This document shows, one piece after another, positions 11,403 to 22,529 of a stretch of 64,000 bases of DNA. The stretch is from contig JBBRSB010000012.1 of the NCBI GenBank assembly GCA_038245785.1, positions 54,161 through 118,160 on the forward strand, written 5' to 3'. This stretch comes from Gloeobacterales cyanobacterium (lineage in GTDB: Bacteria > Cyanobacteriota > Cyanobacteriia > Gloeobacterales > PMM-0068). The notes under the pieces are model-generated. The model had not been told where the DNA came from. It saw only the letters and a list, made by a program, of their open reading frames with translations, and did not search any database. Position 1 is the first letter of the stretch. Every line of letters begins with the position of its first letter. A program made the translations under genes and the position numbers.

Positions 11403-12311
11403 ATGCTGCTGCAATTCATACTCCTACTACCTATGACAACTGAGACTACTGAAACTCAAGCCCCTCATCTCAGACGTTTACCCGATTGGGTCCGTCGGTC
11501 TATTGGTACTGCCTCTCAAGTGTCAACGGTTCAAAAGATTATCCGAGAACGAGGAATCCATACTATCTGCGAGGAAGGGCGCTGTCCTAATCGCGCAGAA
11601 TGCTATAGCCAGAAGACGGCGACGTTTCTCCTTATGGGCCCAGTGTGTACGCGGGCATGTGCCTTTTGTCAGGTAACTTCAGGCAAAGCTCTCCCTCTTG
11701 ACCCCCAAGAACCAGAGAAAGTTGCAGAGTCGATACAACTCTTAGGACTTGATTATGTCGTTTTGACTTCTGTGGCCCGCGATGATCTACCGGACCAAGG
11801 GGCAGGATGGTTCTGTCAGACGATGACGGCCATTCGAAAGTGTACCCCACACGTTCAAATTGAAGTTTTAACGCCTGATTTTCGGGCCGACTTGGCTTGC
11901 CTGCAGAAGATCGTGGAAGCGAAACCCGTCTGTTTTAATCACAATATTGAAACGGTCCGCAGGCTCTCTCGGCATGTGCGCCGAGGGGCCACCTATGAGC
12001 GCACCTTGTCCGTATTGCGCCAGGTGAAAACTTTAGATGCTCAGATGCCAACCAAATCAGGTCTGATGCTCGGCCATGGAGAAACGGAAACAGAGATCAT
12101 CGAGACCCTGCAAGATTTACGCTCTGTGGGCTGTGACCGCTTGACGCTGGGCCAATATCTGCAGCCTTCCCAAGACCATTTGCCCGTTCAAAAATATTGG
12201 ACTCCAGAAGAGTTTGACTATTTGGGAAACGTTGCCCGTGATTTGGGCTTTGCCCAGGTGCGTTCTGGTCCTTTGGTGCGCAGTTCCTACCATGCTTCAG
12301 AGATGGTTTAG
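11403..12311 (+). CDS. lipA: Lipoyl synthase
   Basis: [26 protein letters not shown]; start may be 11433. Confidence 0.98.
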   Translation: MLLQFILLLPMTTETTETQAPHLRRLPDWVRRSIGTASQVSTVQKIIRERGIHTICEEGRCPNRAECYSQKTATFLLMGPVCTRACAFCQVTSGKALPLDPQEPEKVAESIQLLGLDYVVLTSVARDDLPDQGAGWFCQTMTAIRKCTPHVQIEVLTPDFRADLACLQKIVEAKPVCFNHNIETVRRLSRHVRRGATYERTLSVLRQVKTLDAQMPTKSGLMLGHGETETEIIETLQDLRSVGCDRLTLGQYLQPSQDHLPVQKYWTPEEFDYLGNVARDLGFAQVRSGPLVRSSYHASEMV

Positions 12312-12312
12312 C

Positions 12313-14046
12313 TTAGCCCACCGATTGCATTTGTCGTTCATAGAGCTGACGATACAGCCCGGAACCAATAGCCATCAATTCTTGATGATTGCCAGCTTCC
12401 CTTATGTCACCCTGTTCAATAACAAGAATTCGGTCTGCCTGACGAATCGTAGAGAGGCGATGGGCAACAACCAGAACGGTTCTTCCTTGCATCAATCGGT
12501 TCAAAGCTTCCTGGACCAGGGCTTCTGACTCAGTATCCAAGGCACTGGTTGCTTCATCCAGAATCAAGATTCTTGGATCGAGCAGAACGGCACGGGCAAT
12601 AGCAATGCGTTGACGCTGGCCTCCAGATAGATTCGTTCCCCGTTCCCCCAACATCGTCTGGTACCCTTTGGGCAAGGCAGCAACGAACGAATGGGCATTG
12701 GCAATCCTGGCGGCCTTTTCCACTTCTTCCATATCGAAGCTATCTTGACCATAGGCAATATTCTCAGCTACGGTGCCGGAGAAAAGGACCGTTTCCTGAG
12801 GAACAATGCCGATTTGACGCCGCAGGCTCCCAAAAGTTACATCCCGTACATCGGTACCGTCTATAAGTACTTTTCCCGATTGGGGGTCGTAGAAACGGGG
12901 GACTAAGCCGACCAAAGAAGATTTCCCGGAACCAGAAGGTCCAACTAAGGCAACGACCTCGCCAGGATGGACGGTAAAACTGACGCCTTTCAAAACAGGC
13001 TGGCTAACCTTATAGCCAAAAAAGACCTTTTCAAACTCAACTTTTCCTTCCACTACAGGCAGCGCTACGGCATCCGATTTTTCTACGAGAACAGGCTTTA
13101 CGGCCAGTAGCTCAAAAAGACGGTCTGCAGAGGATTCTGCCTGCTTCAGTTCGTTAAAATTGGCGGTACTAATAGAAATTGGGTCGATTAGGAGCACAAT
13201 CCCTGTTGCAAAGCTCAGGAATTGCGCAGGGCTCATATTGCCTTTACCAATCTGCCAAGTGCCAAAACCAATCACGGATAAAACAGCGGTGACTAGAAGT
13301 ACAGCGATTACAGGGTACTGAACGGCCTTGATATATTCTGCCTGGAAGCGGGCAGCCTGATTTTCCTGTGATAAACGCTTAAAACGGCGAATTTCATATT
13401 CTTCGGAGGCAAAGCCTCGGATCACCCGAATCCCTGAAAAAATTTCTGTAAGTAAACCGGCCAGATCTGAGGAAAGGTCTTGACCCTGACGGGAGAAGCT
13501 TTGTAGTTTCGAACCAAACCATCCTAGGGAAAGAGCCAGCAGCGGGGCGACCAGAAAAGTAAGGGCCGTAAGGACCCAATTGAGATAGAGAAGATAGCCT
13601 AGGACAAAAACAACGGTAAAGATACTGGGCACAAACTGGTTGAAAAACTTGCGGACCACTTCGGCCAAACGGTCCACATCTTGGGTCAGCTTATAGGCCA
13701 AATCCCCAGACTTCTTTTCGTTGAAATAGGACAAGTCTAAACTTTGGAGATGGGCAAAAAGATCGATGCGCAGATCCGTGACCGCTTGCAGACTGGCCTT
13801 CGCCATTAGGGAATCTTGACCGTACTGAAAGACCCCTCGAACAACAAAAACAACGATAGCGGTAATAAAGACTTGAGATAGCCCTCCCAAGTTTCCTTTA
13901 CTAACCGGTTCAGTCAAACTTCCAGCAAGCTGGGCAAGGAGGGGCATGGAGCTAACAAAACCAACCAGGCAGACTGTCGCGCTTAGAAAAACCCACCGTT
14001 GGGGTAGAAGATAGGGGATGAGCTTACGGTAGCTGGATTTAAGCAC
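12313..14046 (-). CDS. ABC exporter, fused TMD-NBD (MsbA-like)
   Basis: N-terminal TM domain; GPSGSGKS, LSGGQRQR, DEATSALD. Confidence 0.93.
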   Translation of the reverse strand: MLKSSYRKLIPYLLPQRWVFLSATVCLVGFVSSMPLLAQLAGSLTEPVSKGNLGGLSQVFITAIVVFVVRGVFQYGQDSLMAKASLQAVTDLRIDLFAHLQSLDLSYFNEKKSGDLAYKLTQDVDRLAEVVRKFFNQFVPSIFTVVFVLGYLLYLNWVLTALTFLVAPLLALSLGWFGSKLQSFSRQGQDLSSDLAGLLTEIFSGIRVIRGFASEEYEIRRFKRLSQENQAARFQAEYIKAVQYPVIAVLLVTAVLSVIGFGTWQIGKGNMSPAQFLSFATGIVLLIDPISISTANFNELKQAESSADRLFELLAVKPVLVEKSDAVALPVVEGKVEFEKVFFGYKVSQPVLKGVSFTVHPGEVVALVGPSGSGKSSLVGLVPRFYDPQSGKVLIDGTDVRDVTFGSLRRQIGIVPQETVLFSGTVAENIAYGQDSFDMEEVEKAARIANAHSFVAALPKGYQTMLGERGTNLSGGQRQRIAIARAVLLDPRILILDEATSALDTESEALVQEALNRLMQGRTVLVVAHRLSTIRQADRILVIEQGDIREAGNHQELMAIGSGLYRQLYERQMQSVG

Positions 14047-14093
14047 TACAACTCAATAGAAGTCAAACATCATTTTATCCAGTTCGCTGCATA

Positions 14094-15029
14094 TTATTCG
14101 CTATTTCGCTTTTGTTGTGCGCTTTTCACCAGAGCTGCGACCACAGAAACGACGGAATTTGCCAACGCTTCCAGGTCATAACCGCCTTCTAAACCAAGCA
14201 TCACCTGGGGCGTAATCTGCAAACAGCGCTCGGTGAGGGTGCCAAAATCTTCCGGTTCCAGCGCCATATTCGCTAGGGGATCCGCCCGATTGGCATCAAA
14301 TCCAGCACTAACAATTAATAGCTGTGGCTGGAATTGTTCTAGAAAGGGACGAATTTCTTGGTCAAAGGCGGTTAAATACTCCAGCTTGCCGCTGTGGGGC
14401 GGTAAGGGAATATTGAGGACGTTTTGATGGGCTCCTTCTTCATTTCGGTGCCCGGTCCCTGGGTAGTTCCCTAACTCGTGGATGGAGCAATAGGCGATCC
14501 TTGGGTCCTGCTCCACAATGGACTGGGTGCCATTGCCATGATGTACATCCCAATCAAAAATAGCAACTCTAGATAATCCTTTGACCCTAAGCGCATACTG
14601 GGCGGCCAAGGCCGCATTCGAAAATAGACAAAACCCCATGCCGCGATGATTTTCAGCATGGTGTCCTGGAGGACGCGCCAGCACAAAAGTAGGTGTGTGC
14701 TGGTCTACCACTTGATCTATGCCGACCAACCAGCCTCCGGCACTGAGCAGGGCCACTTCATAACTGGCCGGACCGACGTAGGTATCAGCATCCAAACGCC
14801 CCCCGCCCCGTTGCGCTAGCGCGTGAATGAATTCGACATAGCTTGGAGCATGGACCCAGGCCAATTCTTCTGGCGTAGCCATCCGGGGAGGGAGCCATTG
14901 CAGTTGGTCGTGGAACGGGGCTTCTTTGAGATATTGCGCACAGATAGCCACCCGTTGAGGTTGCTCAGGATGGCCTGCACCCATGTCATGTTCTAAAAAT
15001 TTTGGGCTGTAAACGACGGTGATGCTCAT
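14094..15029 (-). CDS. Histone deacetylase family (class II-like) amidohydrolase
   Basis: HPE, RPPGHHA, GFC, DWDVHHGNGT, SAGFD, LEGGY. Confidence 0.95.
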   Translation of the reverse strand: MSITVVYSPKFLEHDMGAGHPEQPQRVAICAQYLKEAPFHDQLQWLPPRMATPEELAWVHAPSYVEFIHALAQRGGGRLDADTYVGPASYEVALLSAGGWLVGIDQVVDQHTPTFVLARPPGHHAENHRGMGFCLFSNAALAAQYALRVKGLSRVAIFDWDVHHGNGTQSIVEQDPRIAYCSIHELGNYPGTGHRNEEGAHQNVLNIPLPPHSGKLEYLTAFDQEIRPFLEQFQPQLLIVSAGFDANRADPLANMALEPEDFGTLTERCLQITPQVMLGLEGGYDLEALANSVVSVVAALVKSAQQKRNSE

Positions 15030-15106
15030 GATGCTTTCTATTCTGAAACAAAGGCTAGGAGAGCGGACAACTGTGGTACAACAAAGGGGACATTACATAC
15101 ATAAAC

Positions 15107-15544
15107 ATGGCGATGTTTGAAACGATTCTGCTCCCTGTGGATGGTTCTCCCGAAAGTGAGCGTGCTGTCCCTTTTGCCATAGATGTAGCCCAGAAGTACC
15201 AAAGCAAAATTCTACTGGTTTCGGTGATCGATATTCCGACGGTTGTGCCTGGAGAACTCTCTGATGAACAGCAGCAGCAATTCACAGAAGCTAAAACCAA
15301 GGTGGAAGCCAGGGCTCAGGGTTTTATCGATAGTGCCCGTCAGACTCTGGAAGCGGAATCTATCCCTGTGGAAGGACGTATTGAAGAAGGCAAAGCCGCT
15401 TTTATCATTTGTGATGTGGCCGATGAAGTGGATGCCGGATTAATTGTGATGGGTACCCGTGGCCTCGGCTTGATTGAAGGCGAAAAGAGCGTCAGCGACC
15501 AAGTGATCAACCTCGCGCCCTGTCCGGTCCTTGTTGTTCCCTAA
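15107..15544 (+). CDS. Universal stress protein
   Basis: ILLPVDGS, IVMGTRG, SVSDQV, PCPVLVV. Confidence 0.95.
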   Translation: MAMFETILLPVDGSPESERAVPFAIDVAQKYQSKILLVSVIDIPTVVPGELSDEQQQQFTEAKTKVEARAQGFIDSARQTLEAESIPVEGRIEEGKAAFIICDVADEVDAGLIVMGTRGLGLIEGEKSVSDQVINLAPCPVLVVP

Positions 15545-15562
15545 TGAGACCGTAAAAAGACA

Positions 15563-16642
15563 GTGAGAAGACGGTCTTTGCTGTTTAGCTTCCTGACTTT
15601 GGGAGCTTGTGCTGGTCAGGAGCCCGTAGATTTGACGGTAGAGACTCTGGCCCAGGCTTGGCCTACGGGTGAAACAGAGCGATTCAAAGCTCGGACAGGA
15701 ATCAGGGTCCAACCTTGGCTCAAAGGCCGACCAGACGAAATTTTTAAAGAACTGAAGACGCAATTCGAGCCCCCACCTGCCAAGCAGGATGACGTCTGGA
15801 GGCAGCTCACGGATGCATTTTTCCCACCTTCTGCACCTGCTACTCCTGCGGGCGTCTATCTCTTAGGAGATGCTTGGCTGCAACAGGCAATTCCTTATTT
15901 ACAACCCTTAGACCCTAAACGCTTAAAGCGCCTATCCAGTCTGGCTCCCAAGTGGCAACAGTGGGGCTGGCACGAAGGCAAATGCTACGGCATCCCCTAT
16001 CGCATGGGCACGGCGATGGTCGCCCACAATCGCCAGCACGCTAAGCCGATAAAGAGCTGGGAAGCTCTATGGCAGGGACCTGCGAGAAAAATAACGGTAC
16101 CCGATAGTCCGAGAGAAGTCTTTGCCATTGCGCTTAAGCGTCTAGGCTACTCCCTGAATAGTCCAAACCCTCAGCATTGGCAGGATGCTTTTAAACTGCT
16201 TCAAACCCTACAGCCGAAATTACTAACCTACAGCTCTGATTATTTACCAATTCTTCTCACCGAAGATAGTTGGGTGGCAGTCGGTTGGTCGTCAGACCTT
16301 TATAGTGCGGCCCAGGATAATCCTGAAATAGGCGTAACGATTCCTGAGGAAGGAACCAGTCTCTGGGCTGATTTTTGGGTATTACCCCGCAAAGCTTCCG
16401 CTGATTCGTTCTATCGCTTAGCGGACTATCTCTTAGAACCAGAAGTTCTAGGACGTTTGAGCAATCAGTTCTCGGTGCTCAATCCTTATCCCGATAGCTA
16501 CACCCAAATTTCTGCTGAACTACACCAAGACCCGCTAGTTTTTCCGCCCATTCTTGACCGCTGCGAACTGATTCAGCCTTTATCTCCAGTATTGGAACAT
16601 TTGGTCCAAGACCTCTGGAAGGCGCTGAGGACAAGTGCATGA
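15563..16642 (+). CDS. Extracellular solute-binding protein (PotD-like)
   Basis: N-terminal RR plus LGAC signal; YGIPYRMG, DSPRE, PEEGTSLWAD. Confidence 0.85.
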   Translation: MRRRSLLFSFLTLGACAGQEPVDLTVETLAQAWPTGETERFKARTGIRVQPWLKGRPDEIFKELKTQFEPPPAKQDDVWRQLTDAFFPPSAPATPAGVYLLGDAWLQQAIPYLQPLDPKRLKRLSSLAPKWQQWGWHEGKCYGIPYRMGTAMVAHNRQHAKPIKSWEALWQGPARKITVPDSPREVFAIALKRLGYSLNSPNPQHWQDAFKLLQTLQPKLLTYSSDYLPILLTEDSWVAVGWSSDLYSAAQDNPEIGVTIPEEGTSLWADFWVLPRKASADSFYRLADYLLEPEVLGRLSNQFSVLNPYPDSYTQISAELHQDPLVFPPILDRCELIQPLSPVLEHLVQDLWKALRTSA

Positions 16643-17513
16643 AGGCTCTAGAAAGCTATTGAACGATGAACAGTTAATAGCTGACAGGTTATATTGGGGT
16701 CACCTTGCACCGCCTAGACCTATGTATCAGCCGATTGCTCCTCTTTCTCCAAAAGATACCCTTCCTACCATGTATGATTTGCCCAGTGAGGAAGTGGGAC
16801 AATCTGGTTTGCCTGACGAATTTCATGTTTTACAGCCGCAGCTCTTGTCAGCGACTTTTATTCCAAGTACTTATCCTTTAGAGCAGGTATTCACGGCTAG
16901 CGACCTAAATCTTTACTACGATCCGAGACATTTGCTTTGGTACAAACGGCCTGACTGGTTTGCTGTGGTGGGAGTACCTAGTCTTTATGAGGGCCAAGAA
17001 TTACGCCAGAGTTATGTTCTATGGCAAGAAGGCGTAGATCCCTTAGTTGTAGTGGAATTTCTGTCACCAGGAACTGAAGATGAGGATCTAGGCCGTTTAT
17101 CGGTAAAAACGCCTGGCCAACCTCCATTTAAGTGGGAGGTTTATGAACGTATTATCCGAGTTCCTTACTATGTTGTTTTTAACAGTGAAACAAATCAAGT
17201 GCGGGTTTTTGAACTGGTAGGGACCCGCTACCGAGAAATGGAATTGTCAGAACCTCGCCTATGGATAGAGGAACTAGGACTAGGACTGGGCTTATGGCAA
17301 GGTTTTTGGTTGAAGCAAGATCGCTTGTGGTTGCGCTGGTATGACCATGAAGGGAATTGGGTTCTCACCCCTGAGGAAAGAGAGAAGCAATTCGCCGAAC
17401 AAGCAGTCCAGCAGACAGAACAGGCTCAGCAAAGAGCCATGCAAGCTGAGCAAAGAGCTGAAGTTTTAGCTCAACGTCTACGAGAGTTAGGCGTCAATCC
17501 TGACGATTTGTAA
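16635..17513 (+). CDS. Uma2/DUF820 family PD-(D/E)xK endonuclease
   Basis: LPTMYDLPSE, RPDWF, VVEFLSPGT, KWEVYE, C-terminal LRELGVNPD; probable start 16722. Confidence 0.93.
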   Translation: MHEGSRKLLNDEQLIADRLYWGHLAPPRPMYQPIAPLSPKDTLPTMYDLPSEEVGQSGLPDEFHVLQPQLLSATFIPSTYPLEQVFTASDLNLYYDPRHLLWYKRPDWFAVVGVPSLYEGQELRQSYVLWQEGVDPLVVVEFLSPGTEDEDLGRLSVKTPGQPPFKWEVYERIIRVPYYVVFNSETNQVRVFELVGTRYREMELSEPRLWIEELGLGLGLWQGFWLKQDRLWLRWYDHEGNWVLTPEEREKQFAEQAVQQTEQAQQRAMQAEQRAEVLAQRLRELGVNPDDL

Positions 17514-17542
17514 CAGCGCAGCCAGAGTATGCACTTTAGTTG

Positions 17543-17704
17543 TTAGCTATCTTTTTTCTCCTCTGGAGATGGCGGCTGGGGTGGATTTGGTTTAGGTCGA
17601 GACGGTAGTGGGTGAGCGTTAGAAGGTGGGATATAGCCATCATCGGAAAGAGTAAAGTTCTCTGGCTTAGATGGTTTTTGAGTATCCTTTTTTTGCTCTG
17701 TCAT
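17543..17704 (-). CDS. Small Pro-rich hypothetical protein (53 aa, not in the ORF track)
   Basis: MTEQKKDTQKPSKPENFTLSDDGYIPPSNAHPLPSRPKPNPPQPPSPEEKKDS; AAGGA upstream; TAA lies inside AGCTAAC. Confidence 0.5.
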   Translation of the reverse strand: MTEQKKDTQKPSKPENFTLSDDGYIPPSNAHPLPSRPKPNPPQPPSPEEKKDS

Positions 17705-17722
17705 GAGTTTCCTTGTGTAGTT

Positions 17723-18328
17723 TTAGGGTACAGACGATTGCTGAGTTTTACTTCTCTGGTCAGTTTTTTTGCCATCAATCTTAGGTTTTGAGGTTGAAGG
17801 ATTATCAACTGCGCTTGGTTGCTGAGGTAGGTTGCTGTATGAAAAATAACATAGAAAGCCTATTCCTATAATTACTAAGAAGAGGGAAACAAAGCTGAAT
17901 ATTAACGTGGCATAAGAATAGTAGTTTGTTGAATTAAATTTTTTTACCTTATTATCCGCATGGGCATTATCAGATTGTTCATTCACGACTGCTTGATTTG
18001 TACGAATTGCATAATCATTGTCTAATATCTTGATTTGCTTTCCCACAGATGCTTGACTTGTACGAATAGCGATTAGTCCACAGAGCAGAGCTATAGCAAT
18101 ACAGATCCAAGAGTTACGTATTAAATACATCGTATTGGGCATAGGATGTGGTGCAATCTTTTCAAGGAATGTTACAGATAAAGCAAGACCTCCTCCTGCA
18201 AGAGTTAATAGCCATTTTTCAAAGCGTTCACTAATATTGAGTGCGGCACCAATGAGGATTTCTCTTTCTGAGAGCTAGAATTCATGCCTTAACTTGTTGT
18301 CCTCATCCTGAGCTAATTCTTCTGACAC
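17723..18328 (-). pseudogene. Low-GC membrane protein gene with an in-frame amber at codon 18
   Basis: GTG 18328 gives MSEELAQDEDNKLRHEF*LSEREILIGAALNISERFEKWLLTLAGGGLALSVTFLEKI..., in frame with ORF 17723..18142; TAG at 18275-18277. Confidence 0.75.
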
Positions 18329-18425
18329 TTAAGCAAAACCGTGAAACTACCTAAGTAAGGTTAGCAAGTCCCTATAAGGTATGATTGTTCTATGAGCGTA
18401 AAACGCACTCAGAATAAGTCAAGAA

Positions 18426-19046
18426 CTATTGCGCTGCAACGATATCTACTTTCGGTGCTGGCTCTGGCACTTCCGATAAGTCCACCGTTCCGGCAAGCGC
18501 TTCTTTAAATCTGTAGTAAATCAAAGTCGTGGTTTCTGCATCTTCTAGGGCGCGATGCTGTGTCGGTTGGGGAACGGATAAGCCTAAAGCTAAGTGGCTT
18601 AGACTTCTTCTGCGCCAGTGAGGAAGCACATAGGGCGCTAAGTCTACAGTGCAAACGGTGGGCAACTGCAGAAAAGTGGGCTGTTCCATCAGACAAATTT
18701 CGTAGGAATGGCGCACGATCGCTAAATCGTTACTCAAGCCATGACCAACGAGGACTTTCGCCGATGCCGCAAAATGACTAAATCCTGTAAGCACGCCCCG
18801 CAGCTTAGGGGCATCAACCAAATCATCTTGCTTCAGCCCCGTTAGTTTAGTAACCATCGGGTTGAGCCTGCCGCGATAGCGGACTAAAGAGCTATAGCGG
18901 CCTAAAACTTCGCCATGAGCTACGAGTACAGCACCAATTTCAATCAAGGCATGGGGAGAGCCCCAACCACTTCCTTCCACATCCAAAACCAGCATGGGTT
19001 CTAGGGATAGAGCATGGTTCAGTTTGGGTGGGAGGGAGAGGTTCAT
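18426..19046 (-). CDS. DEDDh 3'-5' exonuclease (DnaQ-like)
   Basis: LDVEGSG, IEIGAV, VGH, HRALEDA. Confidence 0.9.
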   Translation of the reverse strand: MNLSLPPKLNHALSLEPMLVLDVEGSGWGSPHALIEIGAVLVAHGEVLGRYSSLVRYRGRLNPMVTKLTGLKQDDLVDAPKLRGVLTGFSHFAASAKVLVGHGLSNDLAIVRHSYEICLMEQPTFLQLPTVCTVDLAPYVLPHWRRRSLSHLALGLSVPQPTQHRALEDAETTTLIYYRFKEALAGTVDLSEVPEPAPKVDIVAAQ

Positions 19047-19060
19047 AGGTTATTCATAAG

Positions 19061-22000
19061 TTAGGCAATCATAGATTGATCGTTATCTAGCGATGCATTT
19101 TCTTCTCCCAACAGCTGGAATTTAGAAAAAATCTGCGCCCGCTCTTTTACAGAACGTTCAGCGATGAAGCGGAGATCGAGCATCGGAGGGAATATAAAAT
19201 TAGCATCGGTTTCCTCTTCAAAATCATCTCCAAAACTAGCCTCCGTCACGTAGCTACCATCATTCACGTAGTTCGGCTGGAAGTTATAGAGCTTGTACAT
19301 TACATTACGGCGTATTTGCTCTAACATCTCCAGAAACATCTGGTAGCCTTCATTTTTGTACTCGACTAAGGGGTCTTTCTGTCCATAACCTCTTAGACCA
19401 ATTGCCTCACGGAGCGCCTCCATTTGCTGTAGATGTTCCCGCCACATTGAGTCCATTTCTTGAAGGATGAACTGTCGTTCGTAGTAGCGCATCAAGTCTG
19501 GCATATCCGGCTGGCTAGAGTTGATCAAAGCTTCTTTCGCTTCGTAGGCAATCAACGACTGGCGCTTAATTTCCTCCGTTAACTCCACCAAATTCAGGTC
19601 TTTCAACTGCTCCGGCTTAAGACCAGCTAGAAGAGGAATTACCTTCTGGGCAGCTTCAAGCAAGGCTGCTAGGTTCCACTCTTCCGGTGGAATTTCTGGA
19701 TTGATATAGGCATTGACGACTTCTTCCATCGTTTCTTCGATGTAACCTATTACGACGGCACGGGTATCCCCGCCTTCTAGAGCATTGCGGCGCTGAGCAT
19801 AAATCGCCTTGCGCTGGTTGTTCATAACCTCGTCGTATTCAAAGACCTGTTTGCGGGTGTCGTAGAAATACGTCTCTACTTTGCGCTGTGCATTCTCCAA
19901 GGTCTTGGTCAGCATCTTGGATTCGATGGGCATATCCTCTTCCACTCGGAAGGCATCCATCATCCCGGAAACACGGTCTCCTCCAAAAATGCGCAGCAGA
20001 TTGTCTTGCAAAGAAAGATAAAAACGCGTAGAGCCGGGGTCGCCCTGACGACCGGCCCGTCCTCGCAATTGATTATCCACCCGACGAGACTCATGGCGCT
20101 CGGTTCCAACCACATGCAATCCGCCCAGTTCTACGACTTCGTCATGCTCCTGTTCGGTGTAGTTTTTGTACTCGGCATAGATCTTATTAAAGGCTTCGCG
20201 TAGCTTGGCAACAATCGGGTCTTGGGTGGGAGCTTTTTCAGAAGCAATGGAGATTAATTCTTCCACTTCCAAGAAAGACCGGGTGCGTGCGCCCAATTGC
20301 TCCGTGGCAAAATTCACGGATTCCTTGAGGAGCTGCTTAGCTTCCTGAGAAATTTCGCAGGGATAGAGGCTGATGGCTTGGGCAGTAGCGGCCCCGCCCG
20401 CAAATCCTTGGGCTGGATTTCTGCGGGTCAAAGGAGCTAAGGGGTCATTCTCTTCTTCTGGGTTACGCAAAGCAGGCATCAGGTCTTCGCGGACTTTCAG
20501 ACGAGCCATATACTCAGGATTTCCGCCCAAAAGGATGTCCGTTCCTCTTCCGGCCATGTTGGTGGCAATAGTCACCGCACCCCGACGGCCCGCCTGGGCG
20601 ACAATTTCTGATTCTCGCTCCACGTTTTCCGGTTTGGCATTGAGCAGGTTATGACCGATGGCACGTTCCTTCAAAAGACCCGCCAGAACTTCTGATTTCT
20701 CAACGGAAGTGGTCCCGACCAGGATCGGCCGTCCTTGCTTATGAATCTCTTCTACCTCATCGGCCACCGCTTGCCACTTGCCCAGTTCGGCTTTGTAGAC
20801 GCGGTCCGATAAGTCCGTACGGATGACGGAACGATTGGTCGGGACAGGGGTAACTTCTAGGCTATAAATCTTGCCAAGTTCAGCTTCTTCAGTAAGAGCC
20901 GTTCCGGTCATCCCCGCCAATTTGGGATAGAGCAGGAAGAAGTTTTGGTAGGTAATCGAAGCTAGGGTCTGGGTTTCGTTTTGAATCGTCGTGTCTTCTT
21001 TGGCTTCAATCGCTTGATGGAGGCCATCAGACCAGCGACGTCCGGGCATAACCCGCCCGGTAAATTCATCAACGATCACAACTTCGTCATTGCGAACGAT
21101 GTACTGCACATCGTTGATAAAAAGTTCTTTCGCCTTGATCGCGTTGAAGACATAGTGGGCCCAGGGATCTTTCGGGTCAAAGAGGTCCGTGACGTCCAAA
21201 AGCTGCTCGGCAGTTTCATACCCGTTATCGGTCAAGGTTGCGTTACGGGCTTTCTCATCTACTTCGTAGTGATCATTTTTCTTGAGCTGCTCGGCAATGG
21301 CTGCTGCTTTCTGGTATTTCTGCGCAGGCTTAGCCACTTGCCCAGAGATAATCAAGGGCGTCCGTGCTTCGTCAATCAAGATGGAATCGACTTCGTCAAT
21401 AACGCAGTAGTTAAATAGGCGCTGGACTACTTCTTCCAATGAAGTAGCCATATTGTCCCGAAGGTAGTCAAACCCCAGTTCTGAGTTGGTAGCGTAGGTG
21501 ATGTCGCAGGCATAGTTGCGCTGGCGTTCCTGGGGACTCATTTCGTTTTGAATAAGCCCAACTTTGAGCCCAAGGAAGCGGTGGACCTGTCCCATCCACT
21601 CGGAGTCCCGACGGGCCAGGTAGTCGTTCACTGTAACAATGTGTACCCCTTGTCCTGTAAGGCCATTGAGATAGGCAGGCAGGGTGGAAACCAAGGTTTT
21701 CCCTTCACCCGTCTTCATCTCAGCGATTTGGCCCCGATGCAGGATGATCCCTCCCAGCATTTGCACATCGTAATGGCGCATACCTAGAACCCGCTGGGCT
21801 GCCTCACGCACCACAGCAAAAGCTTCTGGAAGAATAGGCTCTAGAGCTGCGTCTAGAAGCTTGCGACGGTCTTTGATCTCCATTGCCGCAAGATTCTGTC
21901 CGGCAATGGCTTGACTGACCTGTTCTTGGAACTGAGCTGTTTTGCCTCGGAGTTCTTCGTCACTTAGACGCTTGATTTCCCCTTCTAGACTGTTAATTCG

Positions 22001-22075
22001 GTCCAGAATGGGTTGGTACTGCTTTACCTTGCGCTTCTGGGGGTCTCCGAGAACTTTGCCTAGAAAATTCAACAT
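19061..22075 (-). CDS. secA: Preprotein translocase ATPase SecA
   Basis: [45 protein letters not shown]; probable ATG at 22075. Confidence 0.99.
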   Translation of the reverse strand: MLNFLGKVLGDPQKRKVKQYQPILDRINSLEGEIKRLSDEELRGKTAQFQEQVSQAIAGQNLAAMEIKDRRKLLDAALEPILPEAFAVVREAAQRVLGMRHYDVQMLGGIILHRGQIAEMKTGEGKTLVSTLPAYLNGLTGQGVHIVTVNDYLARRDSEWMGQVHRFLGLKVGLIQNEMSPQERQRNYACDITYATNSELGFDYLRDNMATSLEEVVQRLFNYCVIDEVDSILIDEARTPLIISGQVAKPAQKYQKAAAIAEQLKKNDHYEVDEKARNATLTDNGYETAEQLLDVTDLFDPKDPWAHYVFNAIKAKELFINDVQYIVRNDEVVIVDEFTGRVMPGRRWSDGLHQAIEAKEDTTIQNETQTLASITYQNFFLLYPKLAGMTGTALTEEAELGKIYSLEVTPVPTNRSVIRTDLSDRVYKAELGKWQAVADEVEEIHKQGRPILVGTTSVEKSEVLAGLLKERAIGHNLLNAKPENVERESEIVAQAGRRGAVTIATNMAGRGTDILLGGNPEYMARLKVREDLMPALRNPEEENDPLAPLTRRNPAQGFAGGAATAQAISLYPCEISQEAKQLLKESVNFATEQLGARTRSFLEVEELISIASEKAPTQDPIVAKLREAFNKIYAEYKNYTEQEHDEVVELGGLHVVGTERHESRRVDNQLRGRAGRQGDPGSTRFYLSLQDNLLRIFGGDRVSGMMDAFRVEEDMPIESKMLTKTLENAQRKVETYFYDTRKQVFEYDEVMNNQRKAIYAQRRNALEGGDTRAVVIGYIEETMEEVVNAYINPEIPPEEWNLAALLEAAQKVIPLLAGLKPEQLKDLNLVELTEEIKRQSLIAYEAKEALINSSQPDMPDLMRYYERQFILQEMDSMWREHLQQMEALREAIGLRGYGQKDPLVEYKNEGYQMFLEMLEQIRRNVMYKLYNFQPNYVNDGSYVTEASFGDDFEEETDANFIFPPMLDLRFIAERSVKERAQIFSKFQLLGEENASLDNDQSMIA

Positions 22076-22204
22076 AAGGATAATGCACACACACTAAGGG
22101 GGTTTTCAAATTTTAACATCTGGGGGATGCCGAATACAGCAAGGGAAATCTTGAATAATGCGGCTAGCAGGCTCAGGAAAAGCATTCCAGCCTTGCTATA
22201 CCCA

Positions 22205-22493
22205 GAGGCTATTTCCAGCACTCATCTGTCCGTAGGCTGCTGGTCGAAGGCTTGATTCAAGGCTGTCTAAATATAGAGTACCCAGCGACTGTCCCCAAGT
22301 GACACGTGGGAGACGGAAGATTTTATTCCGCATGCGTAATTTAGGTGCCTGGGGAACCTACCTAAAAATCGTTCAATTGACATATGCGCAATCATCACTT
22401 AGGAAGACTGGGAAGTGTTACACAACACGGCAAAGCAAGCATGAAGGCCTTTCGTCAGTGGGTAAGGGCACAGATTTAATGCCGCTCAGCCTT
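22205..22493 (+). ncRNA. Candidate rod-like structured RNA, possibly 6S RNA
   Basis: Nested long-range pairings with several G-U pairs around a central bubble; see findings. Confidence 0.5.
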
Positions 22494-22529
22494 TAGCTTG
22501 ATAAGCTAGACAGGCGCATTGGAAAGGCT

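Noticed and set aside
22260..22430. Cobalamin riboswitch (CCCAGCGACTGT, CTGGGAAG)
   Set aside because: Correctly spaced upstream GGGAA/T-loop and B12-box motifs are missing, the flanking genes are unrelated to B12, and these bases fit the rod structure better
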